Origin: Malacoraja senta
Lineage: Eukaryota
NCBI GenBank assembly: GCA_038087875.1
Contig: CM075993.1
Coordinates: 9,240,001-9,304,000, forward strand
Length of the DNA: 64,000 nucleotides
Direction of reading: 5' to 3'
Shown here in pieces: positions 40,770 through 53,800 of this stretch. Below the pieces are notes generated by a model, which was given only the letters and a program-made list of their open reading frames with translations, was not told the DNA's origin and made no database searches. Within the stretch, counting starts at the first letter, position 1. Every line of letters begins with the position of its first letter. The position numbers were made by a program, and so were the translations under genes.

Positions 40770-42760
40770 GGAATAGTAGAATTAAGCTATTCAGCCCATC
40801 AAGTCTACTCCGCCATTCAATCATGGCTGATCCATCGCTCCCTCCTCACCCCATTCTCCTACCTTCTTACCATAACCTCTGACACCTGTACTAATCAAGA
40901 ATCTATCTATCTCTGCCTTAAAAATATCCAGACGGCCTCCACAGACTTCTGTAGCAAAGAATTCCACAGATTCAGCACCCTCTGACCAAAGAAATTTCTC
41001 CTTATCCCCTTTCTAAAAGAACATCCTTTAATTCAGAGGCTATGACCTCCAATCCTAGACAATCCCACTCGTGGAAACATCCTCTACAACTTTCACTCTA
41101 TCCAAGCCTTTCACTATTCTGTGTGTTTCAATGAGGTCCCCCCTCATTCTTCTGAACTCCAGCGAGTACAGGCCCAATGCCCACAAACATTGATCATAGG
41201 TTAACCTACTCATTCCTGGGATCATTCTTGTAATCCTCCTCTGGACCCTCTCCAGAGCCAGCACATCCTTCCTCAGATATGGTGCCCAAAATTGCGCAGA
41301 ATATTCCAAATGCAGCCTTACCAGTGCCTTATACAGCCTCAACATTACATCCCTATTTTTGTATACAAGCCCTCTCGAAATAAATGCTAGCATTGAGTTT
41401 GCTTTCTTTACTACCGATTCGACTTACAGATTAACTTTTTGGGAATCTGCATCAGCACTCCAAAGTCCCAAACACCTCTGATTTCTGGATTCTCACCCTA
41501 TTTAGAAAATAGTCTACGCCTTTATTCCTACTACCAAGATGCATGACTCCACACTTTGCTACACTATATTCCATCTGCCACTTCTCTGCCCACTCTCTCA
41601 ACCTGTCCAAGTCCTTCTGCAGAGTCCCTGCTTTCTCTACGCTACCTGCCCCTCCACCTATTTTCGTATCATCTGCAAACTTTGCCACATAGCCTTCAAA
41701 CCCCTCGTCCAAATCCAGCCAACCTGCTATCCATGCTAGTATCTGCCCTTTGATACCGTGGGTTCTCATCTTCCTAAGCAGCCTAACGTGTGGCACCCTA
41801 TCAAAGACTTTCTGAAAATCTACGTAAACAACATCTACTGACTCTCCTTTGTCCTGCTTTTTACTTCTTCAAAGAATTCCAGCATATTTGTTAAGCAAGA
41901 CCTCTCCTTCACAAAGCCATGCTGACTTTGGCCTATTTTATCGTGAACTTCTAAGTACTCCGTAACCTCATCCTTTACAATGGACTCTAAATTATTAAGA
42001 TAGGATTCAGTGAATGTCCCACTGTGTGCTCTGCTAACAAAAATCCCCAAATTGGTACTAAACAAAGTCACTTTTCAGTAGGTTCCACCTAATGAAGAAT
42101 CCAACCGTTAGAACATAGAATAGTACAGCATAGGTACAAGCTATTCATGCCACAATGTCTGTGGTGAGCACGATACCCTTAAACTAATCTCCTCTGTATG
42201 CATGTGATCCATACACCTCCATTCCCTGCATATCCATATGCCTATCTAAAAGTCTTTTAAATGCTACTATTGTATCTGCTTCCACACTGGGAAAGCATTC
42301 CAGGCACCCATTGCTCTCTGTGCAACAAAAAAACTTACCCTGTTGAACTCCTTTAAACTATCCCCCTCTGCCTTTAAACCTATGCCTTCAAATCATTGGC
42401 ATTTCCACCCTGGGGAAAAATGTTTGTCTACTCTATCTTTGCCTCCCAGACTTTTATATAGTTCACAGGTCTCCCTTCAACTTCCAACAGTCCAAAGAAA
42501 ACGATCCACATTTATCCAACATAGCTGTAGAAGGGTCTCGACCCAAAACATCACCATTCCTTCTCCCCAGAGATGCTGCCTGTCCCGCTGAGTTCCTCCA
42601 GCTTTTTGTGTCTATAGCTAATACCCTCCAATTCAGGGACAATTTTGGTTATCCTCTTCTGCACCCTCTCCAAAGCCTCCACATCCTTCTTGTAATGAGG
42701 CGACCAGAACTGAAAACAATGTTTCAAATGCAGCTTTAGCAAAGTTTTATAAAGCTGCAT
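40770..42760 (-). mobile_element. CR1 LINE fragments (two copies)
   Basis: AKFADDTKIGG, LYKALVRLHLEY..QFWAPY, QHGFVKERSCLTN. Confidence 0.9.
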
Positions 42761-44730
42761 TGAAAAAATAATTTGCAGGCTGAAATAATCAATAGCCTCC
42801 AAAAGAAGATAATTTTTAAACAAAGATAATGTAGTACCATGGAGATGTTAAGATAAATCTTCTCGACTTTAAGATATATGTTTCTGCAGTCTTAAGGGGC
42901 ACTACTTTTTAGACTTGATGATCCTAAACTTTCAATGAAAGTATCACCTCATAATTGCAGTTAGTTTATGGTGTTGGTTGCTGCATTAACATGTATTATC
43001 AGTGTTTAAATGATCTAGAGATTAACACAAGTAAAAAAGGTTGGTAAAAAATTCGAAAGTGACCACATGCATTATGCAATGATTTTTTTTTTTTAAAGCC
43101 AAAATATTTTTTAAAAAGATGGCACACTTCCAGGACTTTGAATTAGATCCCTCATGCTTATGAGTAGGAAGGAATTGCAGATGCTGGTTTAAAACGAAGG
43201 TAGACACAGAATGCTGGAGTAACTCAGTGGGACAGGCAGGATCCCTGGAGAGAAGGAATGGGTGACCTTTTGGGTCAAGACCCATATGAAGACCATTCAA
43301 ATGCAGACTTCTAAAAGGAGGGTCTCGACCCGAAAGGTCACCAATTCCTTCTCTCCAGAGATGCTGCCTGTCCCGCTGAGTTACTCCAGCATTTTGTGTC
43401 TATCCTCATGCTTATGAGTTGCATACTCATGGCTGCTGGACCTGTGTGAATGTCAAAAATTGCTCTACTTTGATGTCAAATGAAAATAAAATCTGCCTTA
43501 CAAAAAGGGCAATGTACAATGAAGGCGTCAATCACTGAAACTTGTGAATTGAATGTTACGATGGCATCAAAGAGCATGGCTTAACCTAAACCATGGCTAT
43601 GAAATCCACACTTTTCTATGCAAGTTAATTTTTAAATTCACCCATTCCAGCTACTTGAAGTGCTTAGGCACCTCTAATTACCACCTCCCCAGTTTCCTGA
43701 AGCTCTCATGGTCTCCTGACCCTCCTCCTATCAGTTATGATACCCAACTACAATGTGATCCATACTAATTTCACCAACTTGTTAACCTCTCTTCACCGTC
43801 AGCCCCATGATTTTCAATCCTGATTATCTCCTTCCAACTACTCTGCCTAACTGAAAGTGGAGGTAAACTGTTCAAAGTAGAGAAAGGGCATTTGGTGGGT
43901 TCTAAGTAAAGAACCTTGAGCCCTTGCATTTGGATCCCGCAGAAAACCCCGCGTAAGTGACAGGTGGGGTACATCAACTCACAAACTACCCACTCATCCA
44001 CCCCAACAGACATCTCCTGCCCCATTTGTGAAAGATTCAATGGCTCCCACATCGGCTTCATTAGCTACGGAATTCACAGAACCAGACTTGAAACAAGACA
44101 TCCTCGATCATGAAAGATGTTCTAAGATAAAGTACATTTTTTGAAAGATTCCTAATGTTACTGTTTTCCATTGCAACTTTTTATAACAGACTTTTGTGTT
44201 CATGTTAGTATGCAAGCGGGGGTTCGTTTATTGAATATATTTAATGAATTGATAGATTTTTAGCTTGAGGAATAGGCAGGCATGGAGCTGAAGATAAACC
44301 ATGATCTAATTGAATGGCAGAGCATGCTTGCAGGGCCATATGGCCTTGTCCTGCTTTAATTGCTTATATCTTGAATCCAGTATTCTTCTTTTAAACAATA
44401 TATAAAATAATAATTTAAAGCTATATTTTATCTGGTCAAATCATGTAAGATTAGTTCAGTATCAAAAAATTGAATGATTAAGGGTTCACAAGTAATGAAT
44501 GATTAAGGGCTGACAAAGTCTGGCTCATTAAATGCTGGCCACACTCTGGCATCCAGGAAACACAGTTACTTGTCATTTCCCCTTTAGCAAATACTTTTGA
44601 AGTGTAGTAAACCATACAGTCAGGAACCTGTCAATCATCTCCCACCGGTTATTTTGGAAACCCTATTGGAAAATAAAGCTTAATTTGATTAAATTTCAAC
44701 AGCTCTGCATGTGCAAAATGCACCCCTTAC

Positions 44731-44928
44731 CTTGACAAGCTCCAGTTCGGATATTGGGAATAAAGCCACGGCGGCATGGTTGTGGCTGGGCAGGGCACAT
44801 CTCACAGGGATGTCCCCACGCTCGTCCAACTGTTGCGCAGCAAAGGGTTTTGGTGCAGACAATGCCACTGAGTTGCCCTTGGCACATTTGGTTGTTTACT
44901 GATGTGAAACATGGTCCAGTCCTGTAAT
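44731..44928 (-). CDS. FBN1: Fibrillin exon (198 bp, phase 1-1), first hybrid (TB/8-Cys-like) domain
   Basis: [66 protein letters not shown]; tag/gtaagg ends. The fibrillin call is certain. FBN1 rather than FBN2 rests on the LSG/ATVG residues and linkage to SLC12A1. Confidence 0.85.
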
Positions 44929-46191
44929 CTAAAATAAATAGTTATGTTAGAAAACTGCATAATAATTAAGAAAGCCATTTTTTCAAAACTTTAGAAAAAT
45001 CTTTCCTGATATCTAAATTATTTATCTTGAAGTTAAATAATATAAAATTATTCTTGACAGTACGTAATCATTAAATTTGGCAAATGCCCAAATAGCAATT
45101 TTTAAAAATCTATTATCAAAATGCATTAACGTCCATCTAAGCAATATTTACACAAATATTAATGCTCCTATATATATATATTGTTAAAAGCTTCAAAAAA
45201 CACAGTGATGGAGTAACTCAGTAAATCAGTGGGTTCATCTGAACCGCTGAGTTACTCTAGCACTTTTTGTCTTTTTCTTTGTAAACCCGCATCTGAAGTT
45301 CCTTGTGTCAAAATGTTAAAAGGCTTTGTCAAGACAAAAAAATCACAAACTCCGCATTTTATAATTCTATATATTGTAGATATTCAATTTCAATATTAAT
45401 ATCATTTGACAAGTTAAATGAGTAGAGAGGAAAACAGCAAAAATATTTATTAGCAGTTATTCCAATTCCAAATAGTTAGTGGTAAAGATAGTATATGTAT
45501 TTGATAGAATAAGGTCTGATGCTCCACTTATGGTTTAAAGGGGTGCAGGCACCTCAGATAGTCTAGCACCTAGATATAGTGAATAATGAGTGAAATGCAG
45601 TTGATATAAAAGTAATGAAGTTTTATTCTACTGCTGTATAAAGTGCTGCAAGTCCAACAATTCCAATAGATAGAATTAGAAAAGATTTATGATTACTGCT
45701 GAAGAAGTTGAAAAATATATCAATGTGTCAATAAGTCACTGTGAGGCGGCATGTGAATCCTCAAATGTGCTCGGTTGTAATTCTCAAGTCCCACCTGATC
45801 CTCCATCCCCTTGTTTTAGTGTACGAAAATCTATCAATCTTAATAACAAAGCATAGTAAAAAAAAAATTAAAAAAATCTTTCAATAAAGTGCAAAATGAA
45901 CAAATCCCTATGATGCCAAGATCTACCTTTTCTGATCTGAGGAAACAGCTTCTATCCGTTAATCCCTCTCACAATCCTTTATCACTCAATGAGATCAGCT
46001 CTAATTCCTATAGAAACCAGTGAATTGAAGCTAATTTTACATCGATTTTTTTTAAAGTATAACCAAATTGCAGCATGAATCAATTTAATGAATCTACTTT
46101 GCATTGCAACCCTGGAGTCAATAATGCATTAAGGTGCAAGAATTTCTTATTCTTATCTTTTAGGCAGTCACTTGGGATCAAGGGTGACTTA

Positions 46192-46746
46192 AGGGCCTGT
46201 ACCACTTCGGCGTCATTTACGCGACAGGCCAGCAGTGACCGACGCACGAAAGTCGCGCGGAAATCGTCTAGCAGTACGACAGTCGTGCTCCAAGTAGCGC
46301 CCGTCTCCGTGGCAAGGATTTTCCCAGTGAAAATGTTTCAAAACTCGGCGCGCTTTATACCTGGGTGATCACGTGGTGCAGCGTTCAAATGACGTGGCTA
46401 ACGGGCGGCGACGCATGATTACGGACATTGACGCATGGTGACGCATAATAAATGAGCATAGGCAATGTTTGCGGGTCACCGTACATATACATTGCGTCAA
46501 CACGCGCTACACGTACGCCATCAGTACATCAGTGTACGCCATCAGTACGTCAGCGTGCGCAAGGGATACGTCACGCAGGTGGCGCGCGAGGATTTTGAAA
46601 ATTCCAAAATCCTGGGGCAATAGAGAAGCACCGCGCGTTACCGCGCATCACTGCATACTCCACCATGCGCGCGTCATGACGCACTAACCAATTTTTAGGA
46701 TGTCGCGTAAATGACACACAAATGATGCCCAAGTGGGACAGGCCCT
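46192..46746. mobile_element. PIF/Harbinger-like MITE, longer relative of 7899-8077
   Basis: TIRs agggcctgtaccacttcggcgtcattt / aaatgatgcccaagtgggacaggccct; TSD tta/tga. Confidence 0.8.
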
Positions 46747-47119
46747 TGACGTTTACTGGTTCTGTAAATTCTGAGATGACTGTGGAGCCACCTGCAGACA
46801 AGGCAAGGTGGAAAGTGGGGAAAAGAGAGAAAGGACCAGGGTAAAGACCATGAGTGAGAGACAGAGTGGGTGGGCGTGAAGGATAGAGTTGTAGATTGGA
46901 GATTGCGAGGGGAATGATGGAGGAAAATAGGAGCTGTAATTGAGTCTGGCATGGGAAGAGTGGATAGCATGGAAATCTGTCGTTGTGAAGAAAATGATAG
47001 GTAAATTGGTGGTGAAAAAGACAGAAAATGGTGTTTGTGGAAGCAAATACAGGAGGGAGGGGTTGTGATTTCGCTCAATCCCAAAACTGTAGGGGTCTTC
47101 ATTGTTTAGTTTTGTCAAG

Positions 47120-47840
47120 TACAGTGAATTATTATTGAGGTTCAGTGAAAAGCTTTTTGTTGTGTACTAACCAATCAGTGAAAAAATTACACATGATTAT
47201 AGTCAAGCTGTCCACAGTGTGCAGATGTAGGATAAAGGGTATAACGTTTAGTGCAAGATGAAGTCCTGTAAAGTCTGATTAAAGATAGTTATGAAGGTCT
47301 CCAATGAGGTCGATGGGAGGTCAGGACCGCTTTCTAGTTGGTGAGAGGATAGTTCAGTTGCCTGCGAAAACAGCTGGGAAGAAACTGTCCCTGAATCTGG
47401 ATGGAATGCGTTTTCAAACTTCTGTACCTCTTGCCAGATGGGAGAGGGGAGAAGAGGGAGTGACAGGGGTGAGACTTGCCCTCAATTATGCTGGCGGCCT
47501 TGCCGAGGCAGCATGAAGCGTAACTGGAGTCAATGGAAATGAGGCTGGTTTGCGGGATGGTCTGGGATATGTCCGCAACACTATGCAATTTATTTTGGTC
47601 TTGGATGGAGCTGTTCCCAAACCATGCTTTAATTCATCCCGATAAAATGCTTTCTACAGCACACCAGTAGGAGTTGATGAGGGTTGTTGGGTATATGCCA
47701 AACTTCCTAAGCCTTCTAAGAAAGTTGAGATATTGGTGTGCTTTCTTGGCCATTGCTTTGATGCGACTGGTCCAGGACAAGTCGCTGGTGATATATATTC
47801 CTAAGAACATCCATCTCTACTTTGGCTCCATCAATGTCTT
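47120..47840 (-). mobile_element. Rex1/Babar-like LINE 3' end
   Basis: KAASIIEGKSHPCHSLFSPLPSGKRYRSLKT. Confidence 0.75.
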
Positions 47841-48592
47841 ATTTGGCATGCACTCCACGAAGTACTTGCTGATGAAATCAGTGACATACTCATTTAGGTG
47901 TCCTCTTCTTTTCTTTTTTTTTTTTAACCTTTCTTCATTCTCTATCCCTTGATCAATACATTCTCACTCCTACTTTCATTCTCTGCTTACAACCCTTTTC
48001 TGTGCTCCTCCCATATTGATTGCAATGGTTTCTGACAATAACTAATAGCTGATGTTAAGCAGGAACGATCTGCCAACCGAGTATTGGGAGTAGACTAAAG
48101 AATGGGTTCAATGAAGGATGTTTGGGGCATTGGGGAATGCCAAGTCAACAAACTGGGCATCAGCAGGAAAATAATTTCAAAACTCTTTCTCCTATTAGCT
48201 CCCTGCTAAACTACATAATATGTCACTTTATATTACATTAACTGTAATTACATTGTAATTAAGTGACAGCCCTAACATCAAGCCAGAATTACTTTCACAA
48301 CCATGTTCAGCAGATACCTTGTTTCTACAATTGCAATGGTACACTCTGAAACAATCGAAACAAATTGGATTTGATTACTGGTAATACATTAATAATAATA
48401 ATAATAATAGATTTTATTTATATAGCGCTAGGTCTTTATCTTTCATGCTGAAATACTGTTCATCGTGGAAACACAAGGAACTGCAGAGGCTGGAATCTTG
48501 GACAAAACACAACGTGCTGGAGGAACTCAGCTGGTCAGGCAACATCTGTGGAGGGACTGGAGAAGCAACATTTTGGACTGAATGGCTACTTG

Positions 48593-49793
48593 TAGCGATG
48601 TTACAAAACCTACTTTCAGCGGCGCTGCAGTTCTGCCACTGGCCGTGGGCGCGACTCTGGCACCTTTGAGGAGGAGGGGGCGGGATTAAAATGCAGTTTT
48701 GTACTGCCTGTCAGAGGCGGATTTCCTCGGAGTGCTAGCTGATGAAGAAAATCGATCGGACTTCCGTTCCCGGTTTATTTAATAAAAAATTCGCTGGACA
48801 ATTTAATAATTGGATTTAAATAAAAAGCGACTTCTAACACCCTCAACGCCTACAATGTGACGGATCGCAAGAATTGGACAAAACAAAGGGTAAGTCGTTT
48901 ATTTTACATATAATCTTGCTTCTTGGGATGGCTTTAATCTAATTTTACGTTGCGAAAATTTTATTTGGGCCCCTTACGAACCGGCCATGTCTTTCCTGCT
49001 GATATGGGGTTCAATTTGACCGCAACCGCAACGTTCCAATCGATCGCGTTCCAGAATTACCCACTCGCAAGATGATTAAAATGCTCCATTTTTTTGGACA
49101 ATCATGTCATAAGCCATCTAAATTGTCTACATTTTGGATTATTCTCTCTCCATGATCATTATTTTTAAACTAAATATTCACAACAGTTTGAGTCACATGT
49201 ATTGTGCAAAAAACAATAATTTTGATTATATTTTGAGTGGATGTTTCTGGATTAATTTATGGGAATTAAGCATTACATTCGTTCCATTTGGCCTATAAGT
49301 TCATGAAAGTGAGATTTAAAAATCATGTTATATTGTAAATTTTTGTGTGAATGTTATTTGGACACTTAGGCTATTTAAAAATGTTAACCTTTTCTTAAGA
49401 AATGGATAGATGTTTAGATCTAGTAATTGAATTTAGATGAATTTAATTGATGAAATTGATTTGATGAATGATGAATATGAATTTCTTGTTGGGTATTTAC
49501 TATTTGTTTTAGCGTTTAACTTTATCTATAATAACTGAAAAAATCATTCTGTTCTCTTAATTTTTAAGAAAGTTATAGGCTTTTGACTGTTCTCGATCAC
49601 AGCTTTTGAGTTAACTCAATGGAAAAGCAATAGGGAACAAGATGCTAATTTCCGAGTATGAAAATGGCCATAACTTTTTAAATACTGAAGAAATGAAAGT
49701 GAATTAGACAAATTAAACTTCTTTTTATGCTTTATCTGATGGGATAAATTGCAGACTTGATTTTTAAAATCTCAAAATGTTGTAACATTGCTA
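48593..49793. mobile_element. Non-autonomous TIR transposon, TAG...CTA termini, 7-bp TSD
   Basis: TAGCGATGTTACAA / TTGTAACATTGCTA; flanks ctacttg / ctacgtg. Confidence 0.8.
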
Positions 49794-49884
49794 CTACGTG
49801 GCACTAAGAATTTGCTGAATTAGATACAATTTAGAAGAAAATCTGAACTTCTGTGGACCTTAAGCAGCAGCAGGATTATCTATA

Positions 49885-50821
49885 TACAGATGAGCCATCT
49901 GGAACACCTGGGGAACTATGTAAGGATTATTTTTATTGACTATAGATCAGTTTTCAATACAATCATCCCTGACATACTAGTCAACAAGCTGTCGGACTTA
50001 GTCTTCCCCCCTCTTGCCTGGATAAAGGACTTCATCAATAACCGCCCACAAACAGTGAAAATGGGCCCCTACTGCTCCTCCACCCTCACTCTCAGCACTG
50101 GTTCTCCACAGGGCTGTGTGCTGAGTCCACTCCTCTATACTCTGTACACTTACGACTGCACTCCCATCCACTCCACAAACTCCATTATTAAATTCGCGGA
50201 TGACACCACAGTGGTCGGACTCATATCAGGAGGAGACGAGGCAGCGTACAGAGATGAGGTCCTGAAGCTGTCAGAATGGTGTTTCGTGAACTACCTGGCA
50301 CTTAATATCAGCAAAACAAAGGAAATGGTCATCGACTTCAGAAGGCACAGAGCGGACATGCCCCGCTCATCATCAACAGGGACTGTGTCGAGAGGGTTTC
50401 CACCTTCAAATTCCTGGGAACGCACATCGTGGAGGACCACTCCTGGTGTGCCAACACTTCAGTGGAGGTAAAAAAGACCGAGCAGCGATTGCACTTCCTG
50501 AGAGTGCGAAAGGAAGAACAGTTTAGAGGAGAAGCTACTAGTGACCTTCTACCGCTCCCCCATCGAGAATGTGCTGGCATATTGTATCACGGTGTGGCAT
50601 GCCGGCTGCTCAGCAGCAGAAAGGAGAGCACTGCAGAGAGTGATCAAAACTGCGCAGAAAATCATCGGCTGCCCTCTGCCTTCCCTGGATGCCATCTCCA
50701 GCTCTCAGTGCCTCCATAGAGCCAGGAAAATAATCAAAGACCCCTTCCATCCTGGACAGTCACTGTTCAACCTCCTGCCCTCTGGTAAGCGGTTCAGGTG
50801 CGTCAAAAGCCGGACAAACAG
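49885..50821 (+). mobile_element. Rex1/Babar-type LINE RT region (continues at 56965-57048 and ~58032-58270)
   Basis: FIDYRSVFNTIIP, STGSPQGCVLSPLLYTLYTYDC, IIKFADDTTVVGLI; the reading resumes after the L1 (agactcaagaacagtttc). Confidence 0.88.
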
Positions 50822-53800
50822 GACTTCCGGTGGCGCCATGTTAGATTAACAGACGTGCACCTAGCTCCACTCTCGAAAAATGTTCACGATTTTTCGTGTA
50901 AAACGGGTCCACAAGTCGGGACTGGATTAAAAACCTTACCGGAGCTTCTGGTCGCCGGGCTGATGACGTCATCAGTAAACGCGATGTTTTAAACGGTGGT
51001 TTAAAGACTTTTAAATGAGTAAACTGTCTCCAGCCAAGAGCCCTCAGAGATCAGTGAAAAAGCTGCTGAGAAACCAGAAGAAGCCTGAAGGAGAAGTTAC
51101 CTCTGAAGCTTCTGAAGTGGCTGCAGAAATGGATACAAGATCTAAGACAAGAGTTGGGTAAGGACAAAGAGTTTGATGATTTGAAGAAATCAGTGAAAGA
51201 TATGAAAGATGAAATTTTGGATGAAAATAAAACTGATGGGAAAAATGATGGAAAAAATCAAAAAGATGATGCTGATTCGAATGCTGGTAATCAGAAGGCT
51301 ATTGATGCTGGTAATCAGAAGGTGATTGATTCACTTGACACTATAAATAAACAAATTGATGATGTGAAAGATGGACTATCGGGCAGAATGGACAAGATGG
51401 ATAAAATTACTACGGACAGGTTCATGGCTGTGCTTGAAACAGTAGCTGCAAGTATGCGCACAATTACGGAATTGGAGAAATATATGGCTCGAGTGGTTGA
51501 AGACATGGCGAAAATGAGGCAAGAACATGATCAAAGGAAGCAAGAATATGAGCAAACTTCACTACAGATGGTGATTCAACTGGGGAAAGTTTCAGACAAA
51601 TGCCTGGACCTGGAAGCTCACTCTAGACGCCAGAATTTGAGAATTCTTGGAGTCTCAGAGGGAGTCGAGGGGAAGGACGTTCGTGAGTTTGTCATGGGCT
51701 TACTTAAACAACTGCTTAATCTTTCCAAAGAACCGAAAATTGAAGTGGCTCATCGTGTTCCAAGATTTAAACAGAGATCTGATGCTGGAAAAAACCATCC
51801 ACAACATATTATTGTGAAATTTCGGGACATTTTAGAACTGGAAGATGTCATGAGCAAAATCAAATACGGAGTGCAGCTACGGATGGACAATGACATTATC
51901 AAAATATTCAGGGACTATCCGTATGAAATTGTGCAAAAGAGAAATCAATTCGAGAAGGTTAAAGAGCTTTTAAGAGGGAAACAAGGTGTCAGATACGGTG
52001 TTTTTTATCCAGCTAAAATGCGTATTTCTTTTAAGGATTCTGAAAAGTCATTTGTAAAACCTGAGGATGCGTACAAATATGCCCAGAGCATCGTTGAAAA
52101 ATAGAAATTAATAGTATGAATTAATTCTAAAACACTAGAATTCCACGGTTAATGGAGGTTTGGCAGATTAGAGCCATTCCAAGCAGTGTTTTGTTTGGGA
52201 TGGCTAGACTGTTATCTATGGAATTTTGAATCAAGGACACTCTCTGTTCAAAACGAGTAAACAGCTGAACTGAAGTGAATGGTATATACCAGAAGTATTA
52301 TCTGTTTAATAGACTACAATATTAAATCCAATTGTAAGAATTCATCCTATTAACAACCTAATAAGTTATCTATGTTAGATTATAATAGCTACGGACGCTA
52401 ATAAAAATAAAAAAATAAAAAATAACGAACTAACAAAACTAATATGAATTTTTACTAAATTCAAACCTTATCTATAACTGGGAGGAGGGGATGAGAAACG
52501 AGCACCTGGCTTAGGTCCAGGGGCACGTCTCGTTAACCCCTTCAACCAACAGTTGACTATTATTGAAGTAAAAATCATTTGTTTAATAATTAGTAGCTAA
52601 AATTGCGATATATACATGATATGTTATAATGAAATATATAGGGTAAACACATAAACTCACATGTTTGTGTTTTGTGTTTAGTGATAAGCGTAAAAGGGAT
52701 ATACCAACAAAACTTAGAAATTCAAAAGTTCCCCCAATACCTAAAGACCTGGGATATGGATGCACCACAAGATTTAAAGGTACTATAATTATTCAAAATG
52801 CAAGATGCTAAGCAAAAGAACCTAGGAGGAGTCTCATTCTGTAGTTGGAATATAAGAGATACTAGCTCAGCTGAAACTGTACAATTCTGACATTATCTTC
52901 TTATAAGAAACTCATCTAAAATCTCATGATCAAGCTAGGTTGAGGGCGAAATGGATAGGTCAAACATACAATTCTTCATTTACTTCGAAATCTAGAGGTA
53001 CGTCAATCATTATAAGAAAAGGTATACCATTTAAAGCAAAGAATACCATAACAGACATCGAAGGGAGATACTTAATAGTTAATGGAGAAATTCATGATAC
53101 TCCAATTACCTTGGTAAATATATACGCGCCTAACTTTGACAACCCTCATTTTTTCAATAAAATTTTGAACATAATCGCAGAGTCCAACTATCAAAATGTT
53201 ATAATAGGAGGAGACTTTAACTGTGTTTTAGATCCGTATTTAGATAAATCAAGCCAAAAACAGAGAGGGAATACGAAATTTAAAACCGGTGAACTTCTAA
53301 ATACTTATATAAACAATACTAATATAGCATAAGTTTGGAGAATTGTTAATCCAACTGGCAGGGAATACTCGTTTTATTCAATGGTACACAAAACATACTC
53401 ACGTATAGATTATTTCCTGGTGGACACAAAATTAATCCCTCATACTTTTAACCCAACATACCATACAAATTCGATTTCAGACCATTCACCACTAACTTTC
53501 TTTTTAAAACTGGAAGGAATGTCTAAGAATAAACCGTTTTGGAGATTTAATTCTCACATCCTAAAAGATCCACGAGTATATATTTAAAAGAACAAATGGA
53601 TGCCTTTTTAAAAAATAAATGACACTCCAGATATATCGCCTACTGTATTATGGGAATCTTTTAAAGCATACATTAGAGGTATTATAATTTCATATCAAGC
53701 TTTTCAAAATAAAAATAATAATAATGAACAAAGACAGTTAGAGGAACTTATTAGACAAATGGATATAGATAATGCTAAAGATCCATCAATAGATAAACAT